Of a stretch of DNA of 64,000 bases, positions 39,835-49,270 are shown piece by piece. Below the pieces are notes generated by a model, which saw nothing but the letters and a program-made list of their open reading frames with translations, had not been told where the DNA came from and ran no database searches. The translations under genes and the position numbers were made by a program. How positions within the stretch are numbered: position 1 is the first letter of the stretch; every line of letters starts with the position of its first letter. This stretch comes from Bacteroidota bacterium (GTDB lineage Bacteria; Bacteroidota; Bacteroidia; Bacteroidales; VadinHA17): the NCBI GenBank assembly GCA_029547705.1, contig JAKPOU010000023.1, forward strand, positions 5,408-69,407. The letters are read 5' to 3'.

Positions 39835-41328
39835 ATGATAAGAAAACCAGTATATCTTACTACCCTGATCCTCATTTTCCTTTCCCTGAATTTATCGGGC
39901 CGGACAGATTCCATCCCTCCGCTGCCTCCGGCACTTGAACGTGTCACGGTAAATCCTGAAAGCGGAAATGTGGAAATAGAATGGCAGACAAGCCCTTCCG
40001 GCGACGTGTGGGGATATGTGGTCTACCGCTATATTGACGGGGCAGGCTATGCCATTGATACCCTTTATGGCCGGCAAATCACAAATTACCTGCATACAGG
40101 ATCAGGCGCATCCTATTACAGTGAATCCTATGTTGTTGCTGCCTTTGATTCAGTGAAGAACTTCAGTAAGCTTTCCAGACCCCTGGGCACCATATACACG
40201 GAAGTCCGTATTGACACCTGCAACAACAGGCTGGAAGTAAAATGGAACAGCTACACGCCTGTTCCCTACCCTGTAACTGATTATTCAGTAATGATGTCAG
40301 TGGACGGAGAGCCTTTCCATAAGGCCGGCGAAACGGAACCGGAGAATAACTTATTCATTTTAAATGAATTCATAACAGAAAGAAAATACTGTTTCTTTGT
40401 TCGTGCAGGCCTGGCAAACGGACAGGTTTCCGAGTCAAACAGCGACTGTGTCCTGACCCGGATGCAGAAGGCTCCCGCATGGATCAATGCCGATTATGCA
40501 AGCGCGGGCGATAAGGGCAGAATAAAACTGTCATTCACAATAGATCCGGGATCGGAAATCACAACATTCAGGCTTGAAAGGAAAACAGCGGGAGAAAATG
40601 ATTTCCGGGTCATAAAATATCTGACTTCAGTCAGTTCATCAGTTACCTTCACCGATAATGAGGCTGAGAGGGAGACAATCCATGTTTACAGGCTGGCCGC
40701 AGTCAACAACTGCGGAGTTCCGGTGAAATATTCCAATACTGCCTCAAACATTGTGCTCAGGGGAAGCTTTTCAGACAACAGGATTGACCTGAGCTGGAAT
40801 TCATACAGGAAGTGGGCCGGTATAGTGGATTCATATATTATCTCTGCCGGTACCGGCGGGGAATACAGGCAACTGGCGGTAACATCCCCGGCTGATACGC
40901 TCTGGTCGGTAAATTATCCTGACATTATGCATGAGATAAGCGGAAAGGAAGTGTGTTTCATGGTTACGGCATTTGAAGCCCTCAATCCCCACGGACTGTC
41001 AGGTGAAAGTTCTTCCTTCCCCTTCTGCCTGTCGCTGCCGGAAAATATCACTGTCCCGAATATGTTCATTCCCTCGGGCACCGGCGTGAAGGAAACAAAC
41101 AGATACTTCCGTCCGGTTCTGTCATTCATACCCGCTGATTATCATCTCATTGTCACTGACCTGAAGCGAAGGGTCATCTTTGAAACCCGCGATTTCAACG
41201 AAAAATGGGACGGAAGGCTCAACGGCGCGATCCTTCCGGAAGGAGTATACCTGTGGATGCTCAGAATAAAGACCCCGTCGGGCACATCAGTGTCGAGAAC
41301 CGGAACGGTAACATTGAAGAATCAGTAG
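39835..41328 (+). CDS. Secreted FN3/Ig-like repeat protein with T9SS type-B C-terminal sorting domain
   Basis: Signal peptide. The C-terminus VPNMFIPSGTGVKETNRYFRPV...FNEKWDGRLNGAILPEGVYLWMLRI...TGTVTLKNQ matches the gliding-motility-associated CTD pattern. Confidence 0.7.
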   Translation: MIRKPVYLTTLILIFLSLNLSGRTDSIPPLPPALERVTVNPESGNVEIEWQTSPSGDVWGYVVYRYIDGAGYAIDTLYGRQITNYLHTGSGASYYSESYVVAAFDSVKNFSKLSRPLGTIYTEVRIDTCNNRLEVKWNSYTPVPYPVTDYSVMMSVDGEPFHKAGETEPENNLFILNEFITERKYCFFVRAGLANGQVSESNSDCVLTRMQKAPAWINADYASAGDKGRIKLSFTIDPGSEITTFRLERKTAGENDFRVIKYLTSVSSSVTFTDNEAERETIHVYRLAAVNNCGVPVKYSNTASNIVLRGSFSDNRIDLSWNSYRKWAGIVDSYIISAGTGGEYRQLAVTSPADTLWSVNYPDIMHEISGKEVCFMVTAFEALNPHGLSGESSSFPFCLSLPENITVPNMFIPSGTGVKETNRYFRPVLSFIPADYHLIVTDLKRRVIFETRDFNEKWDGRLNGAILPEGVYLWMLRIKTPSGTSVSRTGTVTLKNQ

Positions 41329-41380
41329 GTCCGGAGTTTATCATTCAGGCCTTAATCATCCGTTTTTAAATGAATAAAGC

Positions 41381-41388
41381 TATATTTG
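41381..41388 (+). promoter_or_regulatory. Candidate -7 promoter box (TATATTTG) for the RelA/SpoT gene
   Basis: tatatttg matches TAnnTTTG. The TTG used as the start in the ORF track (41386) is the last three bases of this box, which argues for the ATG at 41419. Confidence 0.5.
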
Positions 41389-41418
41389 TATCCTCCGCGC
41401 AAAGTACAGTATAAATTT

Positions 41419-43662
41419 ATGGGGAAAAAGGATTTTTTTGACGAAGAGGATAAAAACCGTATTCAGGCCGAATATGATTCACTTGTTAATAATCTCCTGA
41501 GATGCAATGCTCCGGAGGACAGGGAACTTATTGAGAGGGCTTTCAATACGGCTAATGAGGCTCACTGGAATATGCGTCGGAAATCAGGTGAACCATACAT
41601 TATTCATCCCATAGCCGTGGCAAAGATAGTAAACCAGGAAATAGGTCTTGGTGCAAGGTCAATTGCCGCAGCCCTGCTTCATGACGTGGTTGAGGATACG
41701 GATTACACCCTCGACGACATAAGGAGAAAATTCAATCCCAGGATAGCCTCGCTGATAGACGGCCTTACAAAAATATCAGGTACTTACAATAAGCCGGCCT
41801 CATCCTCAATGCAGGCAGAGAATTTCCGGAAAATGCTGCTTACGCTTTCGGACGACATGAGAGTGATACTTATCAAGATTGCTGACCGCCTTCATAATAT
41901 GCGAACTCTCAATTCAATGCCCGAACACAAGAAAATGAAGATAGCCGGTGAGACAATATTCCTTTATGCTCCTCTTGCCCAGCGTCTCGGACTATTTTCA
42001 ATAAAAAGCGAACTTGAGGACCTGAGTTTCAAGTTCCGGCAGCCGCAGATCTATGAAGAACTGGCCTCGAAACTGAAACACAGTGAGAAAAAGTATTACG
42101 CCGTTATTAACAAATTTTCCCTTCCCATAATCGACAAACTGACCTCGGCAGGATACAGTTTCGATATAAACGGACGCCCGAAATCGCTCTATTCCATCTG
42201 GAAGAAGATGCAGTCCAAGGCTGTGCCCTTTGAGGAAATATATGATGTTCTAGCAGTAAGGATAGTCTTCGATCCCGTTCCGGAAATATCTGAAAAAACC
42301 CAGTGCTGGAATATTTATTCAATGATCACGGACACTTACCTGCCAAAGCCTGACAGACTCCGCGACTGGATCAGCCGGCCGAAGCCAAACGGCTATGAGG
42401 CACTGCACCTTACGGTAATGGGTCCCGACGGAAAATGGGTGGAAGTCCAGATACGGAGCAGGCGGATGGATGAAGTGGCGGAAAGAGGATATGCCGCTCA
42501 CTGGAAATACAAGGGAGATACTTCAAAGGAAACAGAACTGGACAAATGGATAAAAAAGATCAGGGTGATGCTCGAGAATCCTCTCGAAGATCCGATTGAA
42601 TTCCTGGATGAATTCAAAATGAATCTCTTTTCATCCGAAATAATGGTGTTCACACCCAAGGGCACACTGGTAAGCCTTCCCAAAGGTGCATCCGCACTTG
42701 ATTTCGCCTATGAAATCCATTCAGAAATAGGAAACAAGGCAATCGGAGCCAAAATCAACTACAAGCTTCTTCCCCTGAACACAACCCTTATGAGCGGCGA
42801 CCAGGTGGAGATAATTACATCCGATATTGCCCGGCCGGAAAAGGAATGGCTTTCCTGGGTCAGAACAACAAGGGCAAAGGAGAAAATAAAGGATGCCCTC
42901 AAAACCGAAACAATAAACCGCATCCAGAAAGGCATAGAGATGCTCGAGGCCAGGCTTGCTGAACTGGAAATCGTTCCGAATGCGGAAGTCCTCAAAAAAC
43001 TGATGACTGCCTATAATGTATCCAATAAAGATGAACTCTATTCAGGAATTGAACTGGGACTGATAAATCTTGACAATCTTAAAAGGATATTCAAAAAAAC
43101 GGAATCAAAAAGTATTATCAAATACTGGAACTTCAAATTTATAGGATCAAAAAAGGAAACAGGGGAAAATGTTCATGTTCCGGAAAAAATAGATACCAGT
43201 GCACCCTTCATTCTCAGGGAGGATGTAACAAGCGCCGAACAGTCATATGAAATAGCAGACTGCTGCAAACCCATACCCGGAGATGATGTTACAGGCTACA
43301 GATCGCCTGAAGGTTCCATCATCATCCATAAACCAACCTGCCCTACAGCCATCCGCCTGAGCTCAAACGAGGGTAACAGGATAGTGGCCGTTAAATGGGC
43401 CATCCATAAATTCGTGTCCTTTCTTGCCAGAATAAGCGTGGAGGGAATTGACAGAATCGGACTTGTAAATGATATAACCAATATCATTTCCTATGAACTG
43501 AGCGTCAACATGACAAATATTAACTTCTCTGTGAACAAGGGTATCTTTGAAGGCACCATCGATCTGTATGTACATCACACAAAAGACCTTAACAACCTCA
43601 TACTCAAAATATCAAATGTGAAAGGCATTGAGAGTGTCAAACGGGTCGAAGATTTTTCATGA
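41419..43662 (+). CDS. Bifunctional (p)ppGpp synthetase/hydrolase, RelA/SpoT (RSH) family
   Basis: HD hydrolase domain (HPIAVAKIV...LLHDVVEDT) and a synthetase domain (RPKSLYSIWKKM...YEALHLTVMGPDGKWVEVQIRS). TGS and C-terminal ACT domains are also present. 747 aa from the ATG at 41419. Confidence 0.9.
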   Translation: MGKKDFFDEEDKNRIQAEYDSLVNNLLRCNAPEDRELIERAFNTANEAHWNMRRKSGEPYIIHPIAVAKIVNQEIGLGARSIAAALLHDVVEDTDYTLDDIRRKFNPRIASLIDGLTKISGTYNKPASSSMQAENFRKMLLTLSDDMRVILIKIADRLHNMRTLNSMPEHKKMKIAGETIFLYAPLAQRLGLFSIKSELEDLSFKFRQPQIYEELASKLKHSEKKYYAVINKFSLPIIDKLTSAGYSFDINGRPKSLYSIWKKMQSKAVPFEEIYDVLAVRIVFDPVPEISEKTQCWNIYSMITDTYLPKPDRLRDWISRPKPNGYEALHLTVMGPDGKWVEVQIRSRRMDEVAERGYAAHWKYKGDTSKETELDKWIKKIRVMLENPLEDPIEFLDEFKMNLFSSEIMVFTPKGTLVSLPKGASALDFAYEIHSEIGNKAIGAKINYKLLPLNTTLMSGDQVEIITSDIARPEKEWLSWVRTTRAKEKIKDALKTETINRIQKGIEMLEARLAELEIVPNAEVLKKLMTAYNVSNKDELYSGIELGLINLDNLKRIFKKTESKSIIKYWNFKFIGSKKETGENVHVPEKIDTSAPFILREDVTSAEQSYEIADCCKPIPGDDVTGYRSPEGSIIIHKPTCPTAIRLSSNEGNRIVAVKWAIHKFVSFLARISVEGIDRIGLVNDITNIISYELSVNMTNINFSVNKGIFEGTIDLYVHHTKDLNNLILKISNVKGIESVKRVEDFS

Positions 43663-43776
43663 CAAAAACTCCCCTCCCCTGCATGTGATCCCGGTAACGG
43701 CAGTGACAACAGAATCACACTTCACTTCACAACAAAGCCTCCTCTTTCCCTGCCTTGGTATTAAACAAAAATTGTA

Positions 43777-43784
43777 TATTTTTG
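43777..43784 (+). promoter_or_regulatory. Candidate -7 promoter box (TATTTTTG) for the Fur-family gene
   Basis: tatttttg matches TAnnTTTG and ends 24 nt upstream of the ATG at 43809. Confidence 0.45.
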
Positions 43785-43808
43785 CTATTATTTTAATTTA
43801 GACCAAAT

Positions 43809-44312
43809 ATGATTAGTGATGAGATCAGGGCAACAGTAAAAAAGATCTTCACTGAATATCTGGAAAGGAACAAACACAGAAAGACACCTGAAAGGTATGC
43901 CATTCTGGATGAAATATATTCAAGGACGGGTCATTTTGATATCGAGTCTCTTTATATTTCAATGAAGAACAAGAATTACAGGGTAAGCAGGGCCACCCTG
44001 TACAATACCATTGATCTGCTGCTTGACTGCAATCTGGTGACAAGGCATCAGTTCGGCAAGAACATCGCAGAATTTGAAAGGGCCTATCAGTGTGGACAGC
44101 ATGATCATTTAATTGATCTGGAAACAGGGACGGTAATAGAATTCTGCGACCCCAGAATAGACGAAATAATAAAAACGGCCTGTGAGCTGAACAACTTCCG
44201 TCCTCTTTATCATTCACTTTACATCTATGGTAACATCTCCGGCGGAATGAAAGATCCGGAAGAGCCTGGAAGGAAGAAGGATACTCCCGGATCCTTCAAT
44301 CAGAAAGCATAG
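43809..44312 (+). CDS. Fur family transcriptional regulator
   Basis: Winged-helix region ([26 protein letters not shown]...[10 protein letters not shown]) and a dimerisation/metal region containing [10 protein letters not shown]...FCDP. The metal specificity (Fur/Zur/PerR) cannot be assigned. Confidence 0.75.
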   Translation: MISDEIRATVKKIFTEYLERNKHRKTPERYAILDEIYSRTGHFDIESLYISMKNKNYRVSRATLYNTIDLLLDCNLVTRHQFGKNIAEFERAYQCGQHDHLIDLETGTVIEFCDPRIDEIIKTACELNNFRPLYHSLYIYGNISGGMKDPEEPGRKKDTPGSFNQKA

Positions 44313-44953
44313 CCGAAACTAAATCCAAACGGAACAGCTACACTGGCTTTGTCTTTAAATGAATCATTGTCCCAGTCGGTTCCTTTTACTTCCCATTTTC
44401 TTGAAACAAAACCCAGGCCGGTAAAGATATCCAGGGTGAAGCCACCCGAGGTAATCAACTGGTATCCGAATACTCCGTTAATGTTCAGTTTGGTTGCACT
44501 TACGTATTCCGATGTATTTCTTTTATTTTTAATGTTGGCGGAGGCATATGATATGTGAGGTCCGATATAGAATCCTTCAGGAGCAGAAAGATCCCGGCTC
44601 AAAAAATATTTATACCATCCCTGAGATCTGAATCCGCTTGTTTTAATACCCTCAATTTCAGAACCTTCCCCATCTGAGGTCAGATCATCAAGGTTGAGAA
44701 GTATACTGGGACCAATATAACCCAAACCGATTTGTACCGATGATTTCTTAGACACAGCTGCTTCAAAAAGAGCTTTATATTCACCGGTCACCGGTACTAC
44801 CACTATCCAGAAAGGACCACCCAGTGCAGAGAGCGGATTTGTTTTAATTGTAAATTTAAAATCTCTTTCATCAGATGACTGCTGGGAAAAAAGGGGTGAA
44901 GCGAGAAGCAGAAATGCTACTGCTAAAATTGCTGAATAATTGATTTTTTTCAT
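44300..44953 (-). CDS. Small outer-membrane beta-barrel protein (unassigned family)
   Basis: Signal peptide ([15 protein letters not shown]), an alternating beta-strand pattern, and a C-terminal aromatic residue (GFSFGYAF). The 3' end overlaps the fur-family gene by 13 nt, convergently. Confidence 0.55.
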   Translation of the reverse strand: MKKINYSAILAVAFLLLASPLFSQQSSDERDFKFTIKTNPLSALGGPFWIVVVPVTGEYKALFEAAVSKKSSVQIGLGYIGPSILLNLDDLTSDGEGSEIEGIKTSGFRSQGWYKYFLSRDLSAPEGFYIGPHISYASANIKNKRNTSEYVSATKLNINGVFGYQLITSGGFTLDIFTGLGFVSRKWEVKGTDWDNDSFKDKASVAVPFGFSFGYAF

Positions 44954-45006
44954 TGACTTCAGAATGTTAAATTGTTTAAATACTTATTTGTGTTCGGCTT
45001 AAAAAC

Positions 45007-45022
45007 AATCATAACCATTATT
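45007..45022. promoter_or_regulatory. Fur-box-like sequence upstream of the outer-membrane barrel gene
   Basis: aatcataaccattatt matches 13 of 16 positions of the core AATGATAATCATTATC of the classical (E. coli) Fur box. It lies between a candidate minus-strand TATATTTG box (45034-45041) and the ATG at 44953. Confidence 0.3.
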
Positions 45023-45409
45023 TCTCTGGTATTCAAATATACATGCACCACGTGAAATGTTTGACTCGCTGACTATAAGTTTTTTATAATGTTGCAGACA
45101 AATTGCTGTCCTTCTGATTTACTATATATTACAAACACAACTTATTAACGGCATAATGTGAAATTAAATCCCTGTTTCTGATTTTAACCTTTTCAGACCT
45201 GACTCATATTTAGAAAAACAGACGTATAAATTTAAAGATTTATCTCAGATATATCAAATATTTTTCCGGAAGGTTATCATTTTTCTTTTAACCTGCTTAT
45301 CCGGATGGATTTGAATTATCATTTATCAACATTAAATTAATGACTGGTAACAGGTTTTATATTTTTTGTAACTTGTCATCTGCTTCAACGGAAATGATAT
45401 TTTTATAAC

Positions 45410-46675
45410 ATGAAGATTGACATATTGTTAGGCCTTCAATGGGGTGATGAAGGCAAAGGGAAAATTGTGGATGCAATCAGTCCGCAATATGATGTGGTTG
45501 CCCGTTTCCAGGGTGGTCCGAATGCCGGCCATTCACTGGAGTTCAATGGAAAAAAGCACATATTACATTTAATTCCTTCAGGTATATTTCATCCGGACAA
45601 GATCAATATTATCGGAAATGGCGTGGTAATTGACCCGGCGGTGTTTAAAAAGGAAACAGAGAATCTGGGGATTCCGCCCGACGAGCTTGTAAAAAGACTG
45701 GTCATTTCATCAAGGGCAAATCTGATTCTGCCGGGTCACAGAATACTGGATGCAGCATATGAAAATACCAGGGGCGATTCAAAGATAGGATCCACCCTTA
45801 AGGGCATCGGGCCTGCCTATACCGATAAGATAGCCAGAAACGGCCTGCGTGCCGGAGAGATATTCTCTACAGATTTCCGGGAGCTTTACAATCAGCGCTT
45901 CAGGAATCACATGTCAATCCTGAAGAATCATGATTTCAGCTTTGATCCTGAAGAATATGAGGCAGACTGGTTTGAAGGTGTGGAGATAATGAAGAAATTC
46001 AGGATAGTCAACACCGAATATTTTATCAATGACCTTGTTTTAAAGGGCAGGAAAATCCTTGCAGAAGGCGCCCAGGGTACAATGCTTGATATCGATTTCG
46101 GCACCTACCCCTTTGTCACCTCATCCAGTACGGTTTCTGCCGGAGCATGTACCGGACTGGGCATATCGCCGGGGCATGTCGGGGAAGTGTTCGGAATATT
46201 CAAGGCCTACTGCACCAGGGTCGGGAGCGGCCCGTTTCCGACTGAGCTGACTGATGATACAGGAAATACCCTCAGGAACAAGGGAAATGAATTCGGTTCA
46301 ACCACCGGCAGGCCGCGGCGGTGCGGATGGCTGGACATACCGGCTCTGAAATATGCAATCATGATCAATGGCGTAACACGCCTCTTCATGACGAAAAGCG
46401 ATGTGATGTCAGGATTTGACAATGTCAGGGTATGCACTTCCTATATGTGGGAAAACAGGGAATGTGAAGAAATTCCCTTTGACAGCAGAAAAATCCAGCC
46501 TGTCTATACCGTGTTGCCGGGCTGGAAGGAAGAAATCAGGGAGATGCGGAATTTCGGCGATCTGCCTGTGAACCTGAAAGGCTATATTGAATTTATCGAA
46601 TATCACACCGGGGTCCCGGTGACAATGGTATCTGTCGGACCGGACCGCAGGGAAACAATTTTCAGAAATCAGTAA
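45410..46675 (+). CDS. purA: Adenylosuccinate synthase
   Basis: GLQWGDEGKGKIVD P-loop, GPNAGH, GSTLKGIGPAY, and TTGRPRRCGWLD. Confidence 0.95.
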   Translation: MKIDILLGLQWGDEGKGKIVDAISPQYDVVARFQGGPNAGHSLEFNGKKHILHLIPSGIFHPDKINIIGNGVVIDPAVFKKETENLGIPPDELVKRLVISSRANLILPGHRILDAAYENTRGDSKIGSTLKGIGPAYTDKIARNGLRAGEIFSTDFRELYNQRFRNHMSILKNHDFSFDPEEYEADWFEGVEIMKKFRIVNTEYFINDLVLKGRKILAEGAQGTMLDIDFGTYPFVTSSSTVSAGACTGLGISPGHVGEVFGIFKAYCTRVGSGPFPTELTDDTGNTLRNKGNEFGSTTGRPRRCGWLDIPALKYAIMINGVTRLFMTKSDVMSGFDNVRVCTSYMWENRECEEIPFDSRKIQPVYTVLPGWKEEIREMRNFGDLPVNLKGYIEFIEYHTGVPVTMVSVGPDRRETIFRNQ

Positions 46676-46683
46676 GCAACCGC

Positions 46684-47157
46684 TTACTTAAGGGTATAGA
46701 TCCAGGAATCTATTGCAACAGTATCCTGAAACTGCTGAATACGTGAAACAGCCCGCCTGAAACTTTCGTGCGACTCGGCGGAAACAAGCGAAAACCTGCT
46801 GTTTTCCCTGTGTATTATTCTTACGTCATAGCCCCTGCGGCGGTAATCATCGGCCAGCGCTTCAGCATACGCGGGTGTGATGAAACTTCCTACAATAATA
46901 TTGTATCTCGATTCAAGAGCATGCTTTTCTTCCTCGGCCAGCCTCAGGGAATCCAGCCTGGCATTCTCGATCGCCAGCAGACTGTCATGCACATGCCTTA
47001 TCGAATCCGCCACCCTGATACTGTCCTGCCGGGCCTGCCACTCAGCCAGTAATCTGTCCTTTTTGCCCAGGAAAGTTTTTTCCTTAAGAAATTTGCACGA
47101 TGATATCATTGCAATTGCTAAAATCAGTAAGATTGCAGTCGGATGTCTCATAATCAT
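46684..47157 (-). CDS. SPOR domain-containing lipoprotein
   Basis: Lipoprotein leader (AIAMISSC), a coiled/charged linker, and a C-terminal SPOR-like domain (YNIIVGSFITPAYAEALADDYRRRGYDVRII...RFSLV). Confidence 0.6.
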   Translation of the reverse strand: MIMRHPTAILLILAIAMISSCKFLKEKTFLGKKDRLLAEWQARQDSIRVADSIRHVHDSLLAIENARLDSLRLAEEEKHALESRYNIIVGSFITPAYAEALADDYRRRGYDVRIIHRENSRFSLVSAESHESFRRAVSRIQQFQDTVAIDSWIYTLK

Positions 47158-47337
47158 TAATTGATGATTGATAAATTGTCTTTCACTAATTTAAGATCAA
47201 AGATAAAAAAATATTGAATAGCATTGCAAACAGTTAATAAAGAACAGGATCTTCAGATAATTTTTGATATTTTATGATATTTAATCTAATTCGTATATTA
47301 GACATCTCATTTTGCCGAAATGTAAGCCCTTTAATCA

Positions 47338-49251
47338 ATGAAATCAATTGTTCAGTTTTTTGAAGAAAGTGTTGAGAAATTCAACAGCAATGTTTATCTG
47401 TGGGAAAAAACCCAGGATAAATATGAAGGAACCACCTATGGCGAGACCAGAAGACAGGTTTATGAATTTGCTGCCGGACTGATTGCTCTGGGGGTAAAAA
47501 AAGGAGACAGAATCAGCCTTCTCTCCGAAGGCCGTAATACATGGGTGATCGGAGAACTTGGAATACTTTACACGGGCGCCCTGAATGTGCCGCTTTCAAC
47601 GAAACTCAATCCCGATGAGATTAAGTTCCGGCTGAATCATTCTGAATCCTCAATGCTGCTTGTCTCCACATTGCAGTATCCCAGGGTAAAACAGGTGATC
47701 AGCGAGTGCAGGACACTGGAAAAGATCATTCATCTTGACACACAGGAAGAATACGAAGATGATGAGATTCACTTCAACGAGGTCAGGAAACTTGGAAGGG
47801 AATGGCTGGAATCACCGGAAAACGTGGCAAAATTCGAAGAAATCAGCAAAGGTATAAAGCCTTCAGATTTTGCCAATATCTGCTATACTTCCGGAACCAC
47901 GGCCGATCCCAAGGGAATAATCCTTACCCACGGAAATTACATCACCAATGTATATCAGTCCTACAGCCTGATGGATATACCTCCGTTCTACAAGACACTG
48001 CTCATACTGCCATGGGACCATTCCTTCGGTCATACATGCGGGATTTTTGCATTCATGGGCCGGGGAGCAAGCATTGCATCCGTAAAAACAGGCAGAACAC
48101 AGCTGGAAACACTCAGGAATCTGCCGGTATGCCTCAGGGAAATCAAGCCGAATCTCCTTCTGAGCGTACCTGCCATAGCAAAAAATTTCAGGAAGAATAT
48201 TGAAAAAGGTATAAAGGAAAAAGGCAGGCTGACTGAATTCCTTTTCAACCATGCACTGAAGATATCATATTCCTATAATAAGGAAGGATGGAACAGGGGG
48301 CAGGGATTGCAGAAGCTGAAAAAACCCCTGTTGAAATTATATGATAAAGTGATTTTCAGCAAAATCCGCGAAGCATATGGCGGTGAACTTGATTATTTTA
48401 TCGGAGGAGGTGCCCTGCTGGAAATTGAGCTTCAGAGGTTTTTCTACGCACTGGGAATACCGATGTACCAGGGCTACGGCTTGTCGGAAGCATCTCCCGT
48501 CATTTCATCAAATTCAGCAGCACGCCATAAACTGGGATCATCCGGTGTCCTGGTGAACAACATGGGCTTTAAGATATGTGATGATGACGGAAATGAACTT
48601 CCTGCAGGCGAAAAGGGTGAAATAGTCATCAAGGGAGGCAATGTAATGCACGGATACTGGAAAAATGATGCAGCCACAAAGGAAGCAATCCGCGACGGCT
48701 GGCTTTACACCGGAGATATGGGCTACATTACTGAAGACGGATACCTGTATGTACTGGGAAGATTCAAGAGCCTGCTCATCGCCGACGACGGTGAGAAATT
48801 CAGTCCCGAAGGCATTGAGGAAGCCATTTCGGAACAGTCGAAATACATTGACCAATGCATGCTCTATAACAACCAGAAGCCCTATACCGTTGCACTTATC
48901 GTCCCCAATCAGCACGCGCTTAAAATTTATCTCGAGGAAAAGGACCTTACCGCTGATACTGAGGAAGGAAAGAGAGTGATACTCAATCTGCTTGAAAGTG
49001 AGGTAAACGAATACCGGACAAACGGGAAATACGGCAAAATGTTCCCGCAAAGATGGCTGCCCGTGGCTATCGGAGTACTTGAAGAAGGTTTCTCCGAAGA
49101 CAACGGACTCATGAACTCGACAATGAAAATTGTCAGAGGCAAGATCATGGAAAAATACAATGAGCTTATAAATTTTCTCTATACTCCTGACGCAAAGGTC
49201 ATCACCAATGAAAGGAACCTCGAGGAAGTTGAAAAGATGAAACTGGGATGA
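47338..49251 (+). CDS. Long-chain fatty acid-CoA ligase (AMP-forming acyl-CoA synthetase)
   Basis: AMP-binding signature (YTSGTTADPKGIILTHGN), GYGLSE, and YTGDMGYITEDGYLYVLGRFK. Confidence 0.85.
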   Translation: MKSIVQFFEESVEKFNSNVYLWEKTQDKYEGTTYGETRRQVYEFAAGLIALGVKKGDRISLLSEGRNTWVIGELGILYTGALNVPLSTKLNPDEIKFRLNHSESSMLLVSTLQYPRVKQVISECRTLEKIIHLDTQEEYEDDEIHFNEVRKLGREWLESPENVAKFEEISKGIKPSDFANICYTSGTTADPKGIILTHGNYITNVYQSYSLMDIPPFYKTLLILPWDHSFGHTCGIFAFMGRGASIASVKTGRTQLETLRNLPVCLREIKPNLLLSVPAIAKNFRKNIEKGIKEKGRLTEFLFNHALKISYSYNKEGWNRGQGLQKLKKPLLKLYDKVIFSKIREAYGGELDYFIGGGALLEIELQRFFYALGIPMYQGYGLSEASPVISSNSAARHKLGSSGVLVNNMGFKICDDDGNELPAGEKGEIVIKGGNVMHGYWKNDAATKEAIRDGWLYTGDMGYITEDGYLYVLGRFKSLLIADDGEKFSPEGIEEAISEQSKYIDQCMLYNNQKPYTVALIVPNQHALKIYLEEKDLTADTEEGKRVILNLLESEVNEYRTNGKYGKMFPQRWLPVAIGVLEEGFSEDNGLMNSTMKIVRGKIMEKYNELINFLYTPDAKVITNERNLEEVEKMKLG

Positions 49252-49270
49252 TGTCTCACAGAAAAAGAAT

